Assembly (NCBI GenBank): GCA_030704615.1
Contig: CM060731.1
Span: 558,001-622,000 of the forward strand
DNA length: 64,000 nucleotides
Direction of reading: 5' to 3'
From: Takakia lepidozioides
Taxonomy: Eukaryota > Plantae > Bryophyta
Under the pieces are notes generated by a model. That model saw only the letters and a list, made by a program, of their open reading frames with translations. It searched no databases and had not been told where the DNA came from. How positions within the stretch are numbered: position 1 is the stretch's first letter; every line of letters begins with the position of its first letter. This document shows positions 25,101-38,100 of this stretch, in pieces. The translations under genes and the position numbers were made by a program.

Positions 25101-28100
25101 AGCTATTGATCTTCTCATACCATGTCCTCGATGCCTGTTTGAGTCCATATAACGATTTCTTGAGCCGACACACCTTATCACCTTCTTGGAAGCCTTCTGG
25201 TTGTTTCATGTAGATCTCCTCCTGGAGATCCCCATTCAAGAATGCAGTCTTCACGTCCATGTGTTCTATCTCCCAGTCATGCTTCGCTGCCAATGCCAGT
25301 AAACATCGGATGGAGGTGAACTTTGCCACCGGGGCAAAAGTTTCATTGTAGTCAAGCCCTGCAGTCTGTGTGAAGCCTCTAGCCACAAGTCTGGCCTTGT
25401 ACTTCACTACCTCATTGGTGAGTCCTCTTTTCACTTTGAAAACCCACTTGCAGTCTACCGCCTTTCTACCACCAGGCAGTGTTCCCAAGTCTGGTTTTTC
25501 ATTAGAGATTTCATCTCCTCTAGCACAGCTCCCTCCCACTCTTTGGCATCATCCCTTGCCAAAGCGTCTTTGAGGGTGGCTGGCTCCTCTGCATCATCAA
25601 GGGCATGGAATCAACTTTCCATCTGCCCTACGTCATCCATAGTCAGACCAGTCAGTCCTTCTGCCACATTAGCTCCAAACCTTGCTGGGGGTTTGCTGAT
25701 CCTTCCTGACCTTCTAAGCCCCGCATCCTTGTCAATAGGATCCCGATCTTCAGAATCTTCATCCTCTTCTGGTTTCTTCACCACCTTCTCCCTTCGAGTG
25801 TAGACCTTTAGTACTGGTTGTTCCCTTTCTTCTTCTCCCACATCAGGGTCACAGGAATGGACAGACCCTTGGGCTTTGTCTCCTTCCCAAAACTATCCTC
25901 ATCAAACAGGACATCTCTACTCCTGATTGACCTCTTGGTTCTAGGATTGTAGACCTTGTACCCCTTGCATCCCAGATCATACCCAATGAAGATGCATCTT
26001 TCTGACTTGGCATCCAACTTGCTCCTTTGCTCGTCAGGTATCAATGTATAAGCAGCACAACCAAAAACTCTTAGATGCTTCCAGTTTGGCTTCTTCCCAC
26101 TCCATGCCTCCTCTGGAGTCATGTCTTTCAAAGCTCGCGTGGGACTCAAATTTTTTAGATAGGTGGCAGTGCTGATCGCCTCTCCCCAAAACCCTGGTCC
26201 AAGGCCTGAGGTCTGTACCATATATCTAGCTTTCTCAACCAGCGTTCTGTTTAATCTCTCTGCCACTCCATTCTGGGCTGGGCTGTCCCTCGCTGTCACT
26301 TGGCTCCTTATGCCCAGAGATCAGATTCTTTGCCAAGTCTGGCACATACAGGACTTTCTGAAGGGTACAATGGGAAACCTTACTCTCTTGATGAAGTTGA
26401 CAGGGATTTCTCCTATCATCGTACTTACAGAAAAGGTCTTGTTGCCCATCTTTACACTCCTACGCTGAATGGGTTTCAAGTTGCGAAACAACTCCTTCCT
26501 CCCACACATGTGGTTAGTAGCTCCAGAGTCCAAATACCACTCATCTCCACAGTATTCTCCTTCAGTAGTCAGCAGGTAGTCTTCATCACGACTGTAAGCT
26601 GCGTCTGCCATAAACAGGTGAACTTCACTGTCATTGCCCATGTCAGCGACATGTGCATGTACAGACTTCCCTTTCCTTGGTTTCCACTTGTCCTTCTTGG
26701 GCTTGTCAATCTTCACCTTGCAGTCCTTCTGGAAATGCCCAAATTTGCCGCATCGGAAACATGCTCCATCTTTCTTTGATGGAAGTAGCCGTCAGGGCAT
26801 TGTCCATACTTGAGCTACCCCTAGTCAGCTTGCTTTCTTCCATGATAAGTTGTGAAGTGACATACTTCCAACTCAGTCTACTCTTACCATGAGTAGCCAA
26901 TGCGGTTTCCACCATGTCATAACTCTTTGGCAAGGTGCCAAACAAGGTCATGATCTGAAGTGATTCAGTCGTGGGTTCTCCCGCATCAATTATCTCCAGA
27001 CACGTGGCTTTAACAGTGGCAATGTGAACGGCTACACTCTCACCTTCTCTCATTCTCAAGTCCATGAGCTGTTTCCATAGGACATATGCTTTCCCCATCG
27101 CATCTGTCTCATACACCTCACTTAAGCTCTACCAGACCTCATGAGCAGTTGTAAGATTCCTTACCAACACTACCAGATCTCGTGTTTGTGACAAGAGCTG
27201 CCATTGCAAGCTCATTCTCTTGGATCCATGTGGCCTCCTTCAAGTTATCCTCTGAAGGCTTTTTAGTCACTATTGACCATAGGCCCTTGGAAGAGAGCAG
27301 GAGCTTCATCATGTAGATCCAACTCTTATAGTTGTTGCCATCAAGTGGCTCAACTGTCCAAGTAGTTGTAAAGTCTCGTGGGCCCATAACCTGTTGGAAA
27401 CTAGACCTGCCCTCTACCTCCTAGAGATATTGACAGATAGTTTCTAGCACAAGCAACAGTACAAAAACTGACAGCCTAAACCAACCAAAGAGTTAGTACT
27501 AACAAGAAGTGTCAGTCCTAACAAGAATGCTCCTTACTGCAAAAGAAAAGACTTACAAAAGTAGATGCTGGACTTCTCCTCCTCCTCTCTCTGCAATCTA
27601 CTAGGATAGCACATGCTAAATGCTAGAAGATGTGCTGGGCATTGCCTCAGCCTTTCCCTGAAATCCTACATGGGTTCTCTAGAAACTTCTGGTGGAACCA
27701 TGGGCTGGAACCTTCTGGTAGAACTATCCCTAGCCGTCAAAAACCCTAACAGAACCCTAACTAAATCTGAGCTGACTTCTAACACTGGACGTTATATCCT
27801 TTCTTGTTTTCATTGGGTTCGTGAATATCATTCTACACCCTTTGGGTATGTAGTGGTTGTCAAAAAACTTCTTAGCTCGTGCTATATTGGTTTACATGCC
27901 TCTCTCAAAACCCTTAACCATGTCAACCCAGTGCATAACATTTCACGTTCATGAACTTTGTCCTATTACCCCTTGGGGTTTTCTCTCTTTACACCAAGTT
28001 ATGTTAGTTGATTCCAGATGAATGTTTCCATGCCCAAGATAAATACATTTCATGCCCATCACCTGCCAGGACTCCAAAGCCCAGCCATTATCATTATTAT

Positions 28101-29438
28101 ACTTCAATTTATTAGATGGGAACATTGACATAATCTGGGTTTGCTTGTGCAGGCTGTATATCAACTTGCAGTGTTATTGACCCTGGACTTCGCAGGGAAA
28201 CAAGTTCTGAAACTTAAGGGTGACAAAGTGGATGAAGTCAAGAACACAATCATTTTTAATTCTTTTGTCTTCTGCCAGGTTAGCTATTCTTTGTGGACTT
28301 GCCATGCCAAACACGTCATTTTCTCTGGTAAGGAAGGGTATGATATGCCTCTACCTTTGAGTTCTTCTAAAAGCAACTCTGCTTTCTAGCTGTGAGAAGT
28401 TGCTCAGCTAGAAAGAGCTTGTGTTGGCTTCTATGAGGGAATGCCATTTCTCTCTTATACCGAGAATGAACCAACCCCGTTCTAATATCTCCTTTTTTTG
28501 CAGCTTTTTAATGAGATTAATTCCAGGCAACCCGAGAAGCTGAATGTGTTGAAAGGCATTTTTAAGAATCATATCTTCCTCGGAGTCTGGGCTGTTTCCC
28601 TTGTTTTCCAGGTATTTGCTGCTTTTGTCATCCTTCAAAGTTTTTGTTAAGATGTCTCTTTTGTCTAGTCTTGATCAAGTTGCAAGAGGATAGTATATTG
28701 AACTCTTTTCATAAACCTAGTCCTTTTTACTTTGAGTTGAAGGATTATTTGTGTCACCAGGGTCTTCACAATTGGATGCATGGAATATACAATTGTGTTT
28801 CTTTCACCTGTTGTATGTACGAGAGGTTAGAAAATTTGAGCTATTGTGCAAACCTCGTCATGGCAGGTAGCTGCTTGTTTAGAGATGAGCCAAGCATTAG
28901 ATGTTCGATGCTGCAGTAAAAGAAAGTAAAAGTTAACAGTGAAAGAAAGTTTCCTGTTGACAATTGTCTTGTGTGACCTCTAAATTAGGGTGTATTGTCC
29001 TCCTTCGCAGATCGTAATTGTTGAGTTTCTCAATAAGTTTGCGTCAACTGTTAAACTCTCTTTTACCCAGTGGGTTCTGTGCGTGATCATTGGTTTTATC
29101 AGGTATGTTGTTGCTGACCATCAGGTAAGCTTATTTGAACCTGTATCTTGTGTTTGAAGATGGCATGATGTTTATGGCTTGCTACATGTGAGAGGCTATG
29201 TTTCAGTCCCAAGATGCCAATTTCTGTGTGCTGCATTAGTGCTTATGTGTGACTCCACAGACTGTAAGTCTTGTTTGCTGTGTGGGTGGCATGGGGGAAA
29301 TAGTTTACCAATCGGATTTTTTTCCAAGTTTATACCTGTGCCGGAAAGGCCAATTATGCTGAGGAAGCCTAAAAAGTCGAAGCATGTAAGGCAGTCCCAA
29401 ATGAATCGTAAGACCCAATCGGATGGGCGTGAAGGTCC

Positions 29439-29473
<35 letters not shown>

Positions 29474-29549
29474 TGAATGTGGCCAAGTTCTTTATAACAA
29501 CACTTTGTAACAACATTCAAGAATTGCCTCATCCATGTGAGGCTTGAGG

Positions 29550-29590
<41 letters not shown>

Positions 29591-30797
29591 CCTTGAATGT
29601 GGCTAAGGTTGGAAAAGCATTCGAGAATTGCCTGATTCCGCTATTCTGTCCCAATTTTTTTGCCTAGAACAGAAAGGGAAAACGGAGAACGGGATGACTC
29701 ATTAGGATGACTCATTAGGGTTCTCCATAGGTCTTAACCTAAAGCAGCTGCCGTATAAGGTTAGAAAGCCTGGCCACTCTTCTCATTTGGAAGAGGAGCA
29801 GGCAAGAGCTGGAGCCGACTACCTTACTGCTGAACTATGGCTACAAGCAAGGTATCCATTCAGACTCCTTAAACACTTTGAAGGGCTACTTAGTATGGCA
29901 ACACAAAGAGAGTTGACACTATGAGGAACTTACATGGACTTGATTAAGCTCTACTCTGGATCTAGGAATACTTTTGCAAACCAAGGGCTACTATGTGTGC
30001 CCTTGCTTGAATACTTGGTCTAGTAACACTTTCCATTTGGGGATGGGTGCTGTCATGCTTACTTAGATGGACTTGACTAGCTCTCCTCTGGATCTATGAA
30101 TACTTCTGCAACCAAAGGCCTCTATGTCCCCTTGCTTCAGCACTCGGATCTCGTAACACCTTCCGTTTGGGAATGGGCACTTACTGACATGAGACCACCG
30201 TCCCTCCCTCTGGAGCATGGGCAGAGATAGGTGCGCTAAGCTGTGTACATATTGTTGACTGACATGGCTGAAAGGACCTCCCCTACCTCTCCTAGTGTGC
30301 ATCTGCTTGCCACTTAAAACACCTAAAAACTGGTTTTTCAGCAAGGATGTGTAAAGGGAGGCATGGAGTCAGATCTGAGTAAGAGACAGTTTGATGGTGC
30401 TGGCTGATGTCGTTAAAAAGAGGCCAACACAACACATTGTGTTTAGTGTTTCCTAGTCTACCTTTGACTTGCCATGCAATTTGTTAAGCAAAGCTGGTGA
30501 TATTTCTTATTTTGAGTGATTCTAGCCTTGCCGTTCAACACTTACGGGACATTCAGGCTGTGCTTGGTCGCTAATTGTACCCTTCATGCTCTATGTGCAG
30601 AGGAGGATCCAGATAGCTCCTCTCTGGCAAATAAAATGTTATCTGAGGGTGAGATTGAAGGATTGGGCCCTAAAATTAATCACAGCCCAAGTCATGAGAA
30701 TCACTTACCAGATGGAACAACCATAGATGGTGGAGTGGGCTTCCTTCCTCAATCTTACAGCACCAGCCCCAGGCAGGAGATAGCAACTGCAGTTTGA
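7199..30797 (+). CDS. ACA: Autoinhibited P2B-type Ca2+-ATPase (ACA8/9/10-like), ~34 exons
   Basis: Exons were joined by eye with GT-AG boundaries. Exon 1 7199-7354; CaM-binding [17 protein letters not shown] at 7851-7973; DESSMTGES ~12035; [10 protein letters not shown] ~13625; phosphorylation motif DKTGT 14114-14128; GSPTE ~16575; KGAAE ~17565; DPCRPGV 21534; TGDN ~21825; [10 protein letters not shown] ~22275; [19 protein letters not shown] 23123; FNEINSR ~28507. The last exon 30601-30797 is joined in phase 1 from a donor at 29435. Confidence 0.95.
8083..8425 (+). mobile_element. LINE family A (RTEX-like) 3' fragment in ACA intron 2
   Basis: Encodes [25 protein letters not shown], has a (CATTT)n tail and the TSD ttcttact (8075-8082 / 8426-8433). 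Homologous to 14827-15240. Confidence 0.85.
14827..16478 (-). mobile_element. 5'-truncated LINE family A (RTEX-like), interrupted by a family B insertion
   Basis: YRYLG RT motif ~16460; ORF 15703-16404 ([14 protein letters not shown]); [12 protein letters not shown] and CPAC..HFFFYC; (CATTT)n tail; imperfect TSD tatgtaacaga / tatttaacaga. Confidence 0.85.
15239..15730 (-). mobile_element. LINE family B 3' fragment nested in LINE A
   Basis: Very similar to 20840-21410. Flanked by the 14-bp TSD gccctcaggagaga (15225-15238 / 15731-15744). Confidence 0.9.
17250..17440 (+). mobile_element. LINE family A extreme 3' fragment
   Basis: gtcccataagctc..gagctttccgcggac.ttataa..accatttcatttcatttcattt, matching the other family A ends. 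Confidence 0.8.
19310..19557 (+). mobile_element. Older LINE family B 3' fragment
   Basis: [13 protein letters not shown]...QQVDACVK...GHKASANN and an atgagtaca end, homologous to 21100-21410. Confidence 0.8.
19745..21410 (+). mobile_element. 5'-truncated LINE family B (RTEX/CR1-group-like) with reverse transcriptase and C-terminal CCHC
   Basis: [45 protein letters not shown] and CPLC..HFLIHC motifs. One in-frame stop at 20024-20026. Confidence 0.92.
23663..27784 (-). mobile_element. Ty1/copia LTR retrotransposon, defective, in an ACA intron
   Basis: TG..CA LTRs at 23663-24035 and 27392-27784. Gag with a frameshifted CCHC knuckle, protease [11 protein letters not shown], integrase QNGVAER, RT YVDD, RNase H. 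Purine tract next to the 3' LTR; PBS GGTTATGGGCCCAC; imperfect TSD ctgtg/ctgga. Confidence 0.95.
29441..29640. repeat. (CT)n microsatellites within a ~110-bp tandem duplication
   Basis: (ct)n-ccttgaatgtggc..cattc.agaattgcct occurs twice in the last ACA intron. Confidence 0.85.
29935..30195. repeat. Diverged ~130-bp tandem duplication
   Basis: gacttga..agctct.ctctggatcta.gaatactt..gcaa..aaggg..tatgt..cccttgctt occurs at ~29937 and ~30070. Confidence 0.7.
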
Positions 30798-31061
30798 GCT
30801 CCCCTCTCCAGACTTGTGGACATGTATGGAAGCTGAATTTGTCTGTTCCAATATCAGACATCTATTGCAGGATTTATTTTGTTTTAATGAACAGCACATT
30901 GTTGTCTATTTTCAGCTTTTGTCTTGAGAGCGGTCAGGAACAGTGAGATGTCAATCATCCCTGTTGGGAACTTCTTTCAAAGCAGTCAGTTCTTAATGCT
31001 ACAACAGATCTATTGAGTCTAGTCATAGGTGTGGTTGTACATGATTCTGGCTGGCTGGGCC

Positions 31062-31528
31062 TTTTTTTTTTCAATGAAGGGGAGAAAGCCCTTTAAATCA
31101 TTTTGAAACAAGGGAAATATAACCTTGTCAAGATGCATCAGGCTTACAGAGAGGACACTGGAAGGGCTTAAAACAAAGGTTTCCTAACAAAGTTAGCAAG
31201 CCTAGGAACCTTGATAGGCAGCAACAAGGAGCTACAAACTGGAAGTGGATTTGCTGATATCAACTCCATAACCCCCTAGAGTGGAGCCTACTCCCAACAG
31301 GCAAAAGATTAAGAGGAGCCTTGACTTTCGAGTTCCTACACCTCCCGAGACCCCACAATGGACCCAACATTCTGGACCCGCACATACCATAGAGGATATT
31401 GAGCCATCCCCACAAGGCCTTGAAGGAGCTGTTCCCTCCTGTTCTGAGATTTCATGCAACCATGCGATCCCTGATAGCACGGTATGCCGGATATAGCACG
31501 TGAAATCTTCCCCACCTCCTCTCCAGAG
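31062..31528 (-). mobile_element. Degenerate L1-like 3' end with poly(A)
   Basis: The minus strand ends aaagggctttctccccttcattgAAAAAAAAAA. The sequence appears to continue after the 31529-32729 insertion. Confidence 0.4.
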
Positions 31529-32729
31529 TTACATAGACACCAGACACCGGAGTGACACAGAACGGGGTGACATCACCAGACTGACACTTATAGTTACAGA
31601 ATAGTTGGAGTGACACCGGAGTTACTAAAGGGAGTGTCACTGAAATCTGGGGATAGCTCCCACTTATGGTCACGATGTTTGACCAGGTATGAAGAGGAAG
31701 TGAAAACATGAAACAGGGTGACACCACCAAAATGACTCGAATCAAAGTAACATGGACCAGGGTGCTATAGCCATCCCACAAGAATCAATATATGAATCCA
31801 GACGTTACGTTTTGTTTTGTTTTGTCACATTGAGATGTCCCAAACCGCGGGTACCGTTGGAAAGCCCTCGACCAGGAGGGGTGCCCCGGCTTGGTCTCAC
31901 GATTTTTGGACCTGCGGTGTGGGAGCTACGGAATTGGAATTCCAAGTACTTTTGCACGCTGGAAATTCACAAAAAATAGTAAGAATGGCAAAGTGGGCAT
32001 TCCTGGACAATGGTTGGAGCCTCGACGGGAGAGATATCAAGGGAAAGGTCTCCGGTTCAAATTTGGTTGTGTGCTCTATGGATAAAAACTTAGTTAGATG
32101 ACATTGGACACTTGGCCCAACGGCAGAGGCTACCCTAGAGGTTGCATTGGGCCTCCACATAGGAGACGCACTGTGATACATAGGGGATTGCACTTGGACT
32201 TAGATGACACTGGACACTTGGGCCAACGGCACAGGCTACCCTATTATGATATGAAAAAATTAGGGGGGGGGGGGAAAGTGGGGGGGGGGGGGGAGGTTTG
32301 TTCTGGGATATCAAAAAATTGTAAGTCGGGAGAGAATTGCGGGCTCCACCGCGTATCTGGGGATGTGGGTTGATGTGAAAAAAATTCCAACTAGCGACAA
32401 AACTGTGGGGTCTATGTAATTCTGAGTAGCAGCAGAATTGCCAGGTCCACGGCGTGCGTGGACCTGGCAACAGACCTGAAGAGATTCCAACCGGCAGAAC
32501 TGCCGGGGTCCACCGTCCAATGGGGATAGTCGAACGCCACAGGTGTGACCCCATGGGCCCGCCATGGGCTTCACACGCTTGCATTGAACATCGTAATAAT
32601 CTAGAATGAGAGGCTGTTCTTTTAATTTAGGTGGCTCCTTCAGTGTCTGAGAGTGTGATGGCCCAGAGTACTTCTTCATGTTTCTCCCTGACAGATGAAT
32701 TGATGGAGCCGTCATCTGTTATGTGTAGA
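31529..32729. mobile_element. 1.2-kb non-autonomous insertion flanked by an 8-bp direct repeat
   Basis: ctccagag at 31521-31528 and 32730-32737; gtgacac motif array at the left end; internal 42-bp duplication (32096 / 32202); poly-G runs. Confidence 0.6.
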
Positions 32730-34188
32730 CTCCAGAGCCGTTGTGGGCTACCGTTTGGACCCTAGATATACCGTTGCAGATACTCTTAATTAGGGAGTGA
32801 CGTCGATCCCTGCAGCGGCTTAGATATGCTTACCTTGATGCAGACCTATGGCCCCTTGACGCGTGTTGATGACTTGGACATGACCTGGTTTTTGAATAAA
32901 AGGTTTCCCTGGGGGGGAAGGAGTATTTTGATGTTGAACTTGGGTCTACACGGTGGTGTGTGTATGGTGGTATGAGGGAGGATGAGTGACATTTCATTTG
33001 AAGAAGTTGATTGTAGACTCTTATTAGGATGCATTGCAATGCAAGAATCGTGGTAATGGTGACGATTGATTGATTGTATCTGATAATGCACATCACATTA
33101 ACACTGAAGTGTATGTTGAAAAGATTTTCACTGACGTTCCAGCTTTCCCATGAAACCTCTTGATACTCTGATATTCTGCCGGAGAGGGAGAGAGAGTCTC
33201 TGGTACATCAAGATTGCACTAAGATCCTTTCCAGAAATTTGTTGTGTGGCAGCAATGTGAACCAGTAGAGATTGTTTCCTACTTTTGAATATCAACTCTA
33301 ATTGGCAGTGATAGACTGTGCAGCTCATTGAAGATTGACATCCCATCACTATCAAGGGTTTATATTTCTCGTAGTCTATGCCAGCACGGCGTTATGGACC
33401 ATGGCAGCTCATGCTAGACTTCAAGAAAAAGACATTCATGCCACAACTCCCCCCATTGAAACACCCACCTTGCTTAGACTAGGAACTTGCAAATCTGAAA
33501 GTGAAGGATTACTCTCCTGGCTTCCAGTAGGACGGTCTTGGCTTGAGGCAGTAGGAAGCCGGAAACAAGAATCAATCCATGGTGGATACAGAAGGGTAAC
33601 CAGAGCTCTTGGACACGAATGACCGAATCAATATGCTGCTGACCTGCAGAGGTTCTTAAACATAGGACAAAGAGACTGTACTATATCGGAGTCCTAGTCT
33701 GGCAGGTGAATGTTTTGACGTCTAAGAGACTCCACACAACTCTGCTAAGACAAATCCTTCAATGAGAGTTCTTAGAAGATTCAAACACCATTGTTTTTCC
33801 TTGTTTAACTCAGACTCTTTCAATCATCAAGCTCGATGGTGCCCACAGCTCCAGAGCACCTACGAGGCCCCTTGGTAGCTTACAGAAACAATGCAGGCTG
33901 TGATTCTTTTTTGTCACCACTTGAGATAAAAGCTGCATTCTCTCCTCAGCATCTCTTTGTCACATTCAGAGAGAAACACCTACAGGCTATCATTGAAATC
34001 ACAAAAATACAGTGTTTTGTCTGGAGGCGCATCCTCTCCAATCTCCTCGCACCTGCTTGAACACAACCCGAATTTTCGTGACCAACGACAATCCAATCTT
34101 AAGACCCCTAATTCACCAGGTCCAATGCTGTGTACCACCCCAAAGGAAATATCCAAAAAAACGAGTTCACAGACTGGCGGGTATCTCA

Positions 34189-35117
34189 TCAACTGGTCGA
34201 GCAACATCCGGGTTTTGTCTTTGAATCGTCAATCCCAGCCAAACACTGACTGGTACCCAAAACTGTATTAGCTTTCATGGAGTCAGACGAAAGCACCTTT
34301 CTGCTAACTATTCTGTAAATCTCCTTCACCACTGTCTGGAAGGCATTGCTCACATTTGTGGCGTCCATGGCTGATGTCTCGATGAAAGACATCTTCTCTT
34401 TCTCTGCAAGTGCTGTGGCCTCTTCCACACTCACCTCCCTTATGTCGCTGAGATCGCATTTGTTTCCCACTAGCATTACCACAACGCTTGCATCCGAATG
34501 GACTGCAAACATCCGAAGTTGATATGCATTATTGCACAGACAGATACTTGCGCATTACTACCAATCTAATCTCTCACAAAGCTGTGTTGCAAAACTGAAC
34601 ACTGAAGTGACCTTGCAAATGAAAAACAAACAATCCAGTGTCCTCCAAGACATCCTCAGTTCAAATCTGAATCTCTGTCTAAGCAATCTATGTACATGTT
34701 TTGAACTCAACCCAACGTGATAACATTCTTTCTGGAGACTCAGTCCCCAACGCAATGCAGTTACAACATACAAGAAATTTTACCTCTAAGTTCTTCAAGC
34801 CAGCGACCTACACTCTCGAAGGTTCCTTTGCGACTGATATCGTATACAACAAGAGCACCAACTGCACCCCTGTAGTAAGCTGAGGTCACCGCGCGGAAGC
34901 GCTCTTGACCAGCAGTGTCCCAGATCTGTGCCTTTATCTCCTTCCCATCAATCTCCATAGTCTGCGTCTGAAACTCCACACCAATCGTTGCTTTCGAATT
35001 AAGATTGAACTCATTGCGGGCATATCTGGAAAGAAGATTAGACTTTCCCACCGCCGAGTCTCCGATCAAAACCACTTTAAAGAGGTAGTCCTCACTCTGG
35101 TCATTCTTATATGCCAT
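34189..35117 (-). CDS. RABA5: Rab11/RabA5-type small GTPase, 2 exons (35117-34784, 34502-34189)
   Basis: [31 protein letters not shown] and C-terminal GCCSTS. Phase-1 GT-AG intron. Confidence 0.95.
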
Positions 35118-38100
35118 TCTTGAGATGTACAACGCCTGTATGAACGACCGAATGCCTGCAGCATCCACAGACTCAACCCAAAGACACTGGAAAAAAAACC
35201 TCACAAAGCTGTAGCTGTCAGTGTCCCACACCGTTCAAATGTTACAATGTACTCCAGCGGGAAGTACAGCGGACGCCATGGAAGGCGTGAAAAGAGCAGA
35301 AGAGCAACGGGGGACAGGAGAGAGGAAATGCGACGGGCTAACCCTGTCTCCAGGCCAGGTCATCTAATGGTACTGGCTCCTAGTAGACAGCTACATTGTT
35401 CAAGTGCTCAGTAAATCTTGATTGGACTCTAGCACGGGCATGAGGCTACGGCCCAGAAACTTCACAACTCCCTCCCTTCAAGCACCACAATAAACGGTTG
35501 TGAGCTATTAGTGATGCATGATCTTGGTAGTTTGAATTTGAAATTCCAATGGGGTTAATCTTACTTTATCACCTCCCCTCTCCCTGGCATGATGATCGTA
35601 TGGACTTCGGGGGATACTAGGTAGTAGGCAGGAGCACTGAAAACTACATGGGAGAAAGAGAATATGGATCTCCGTAGACTGCTACACTTCCACCCTTGTT
35701 CACACGTACTTAAATAAGAGATTCCTCAACCTTCATAAACCATCAGGCCTATGTTCCTGCATATTTCCAGCTCAAAAATGTTGCAGATTCTGTCATCAAT
35801 TGAACCTCAACGACCAAGGTTGCTTCTCCCTACCGGCTGATTTCATGCTTTATTTGCTGGCGGGGTTCATGAGATAGAAGAAAAGAGAGTTTACCATTTG
35901 GCAAAAGAAGTGCACAAAACACTGTATGTGTCATGAGGAAGATCGAGTGAAACAAAAGCCTTAACACGACACAGACTGACACTCGGCCTGCCACCTATGG
36001 TAGGTTCTGCTTTACAACAACAATCAGGAAAATGACAGTGGCTCACCACTAGGCCCTGAGAAAGAACAGTTGGGCTGCTAGTAACCACTGGACTGGCAAT
36101 TACCCCCAACTTCCTTTCTGATGTATGCCCTACTCAATTACATAAAAAGCCATTCAATGATGAGGGTGAAGAGACTTGGTATAGCATTGCATGCATGGCC
36201 GCAGTATAAAACCCGTGTCTTGCCCCACAGTTATTGCCTGGCATGCACGCCAAGCAACGGAGGGCACAACACAGTAAAACCTCAGAGCAAATCTAACCCC
36301 AAACACTGCATGAAGGCGTAATGCCTCATGCAGGTGAGCTCCGGAGCAATTTGGCTGCTGCTACCAGGCACAAAAAAAAGCTGAAAAGACTCCATGTCTA
36401 TCCTCGATCTCGTACGGAAGAAATGATTCCAGTCTCCTGTCTTCAGGCGGTATCTTCCTGTTGCATTCCCCAGCATGTGAGAACAAAGTCTGAAGAGAGT
36501 ACTTCCCAAAAGTGTTTGCGCAGAGGACATATCAGATACAGCTACAAGAGATGCATGTGTCAAACAACAGACATCGCTTGGAGAATGAATGCCCAATGGT
36601 GTGAGAATCGAATCAGAAATTGCCCAAAGCCTCGTGTGAGGGATATGGACCAAGCATGTCCCACCTCCAAGCATGCAGGACCACAACACGGGTTTGCCAA
36701 AGATCCCATCTTCAGGAACAGAGACCACCACTACTTGGACAAGCAACATAGCTGGTGCTGTTTAGACAAATTGCTTGGTTCACAGACTCGTGTAGGTTAT
36801 TGGGCACCAACTTGGTAACATTTGCCTCGGGCTGTCGTCTGAATCCAGACCGTAGTCACCAGTTCTCTGCATGACATACCCAGAGACCAAAACGATGATG
36901 GGCAAAGCAACTCTGTTCAACAAATAAGACAAGAGTAGATGTGAAAAGAAGTCTCACATGTAGCCCAATCAGTTTTCTGAAAGGGCAAAAGACTGACAAA
37001 CAACAGATGCATATGGGAGACTTGCTGCATGAGTGTAGGACACCCTGTTGTAAGTGTACTGGTCTTACTAAAAATTGGTTGTCACTATGCCCATTTTCTA
37101 AAACAACAACATCCAACCTGTCAACATTGCCACTTTGCAGTGTCATGAAGCTCATACCATTCTGGTCTTTGAAGTACAAACAGACACATACATGTCCGAT
37201 TGAGTCCAATAGCTCAAGCAAATGCTGTTGTTTGATATATAGGTTTAGATACAACAAACTCATACTCCTATCGTCCTTCACTAATATAAGGGTTGTTATT
37301 CGGCGAAACTGCTGAAATTTCTTCCAAGGAAAATCTCCCGAGTCATCAATCCCAAAAGCAATCTCACTTACCAAGAATTTACTTTACTCATCAAGTATAA
37401 GAGTCTGAGACATGATTAACGTGCAACAAAAGTGTGTCTATGAGTAGCAACTCCACATGCACTTGTCTCCAGGGAACATCTCACTGCCCAAATGGCACTA
37501 GATTCCATCTGACACAATGGACCATGGAAAAAAAGACATGGGAGGGACATTATGACTTTGATTGTAGAATATAATGATCCCTTGCTGCTTCTATGAGTGA
37601 GATGATGGCAAAGGCCCAGTCGAAAATACCAGGGTGGCTTGATCAGGTAGAGAAGTTCCTGGGCAAGTGAGACAGTTGGACACATGAAATATTGCTTCAG
37701 TGTGATATTGCCCTGCACTCGATCTTGGGGGGGCACCTACCCTCAAGTAGATTTGTAGACAACAGAGCTGGCCAAGGGACTACAATACGATGAGAATAAG
37801 AGTGAGTCTGGTTGAGGGAAGGTGTCCAAAACTGCAGAAAGATCTGCCTCTTGACAAGGGTAAACTGGATCTTTGATTTGACTGAGTGCGGCTGGTATGT
37901 TGGAGGCAGGAGCAAAGAAGAGCAAGGAATCTTGAAATTGACAGCCAGCTAGTCGGTTCGAGTGACATACCGGTGTATTGCTGTAGCAAGTCCGAAGCAA
38001 AGGCATTAACATATGGGGCAATCTATTAGAATTATGCTGTATGCGCAATAATCCTCCGACATCGTCCTGCATCCTGGAGCCATTCTTCACATACCAAAGG

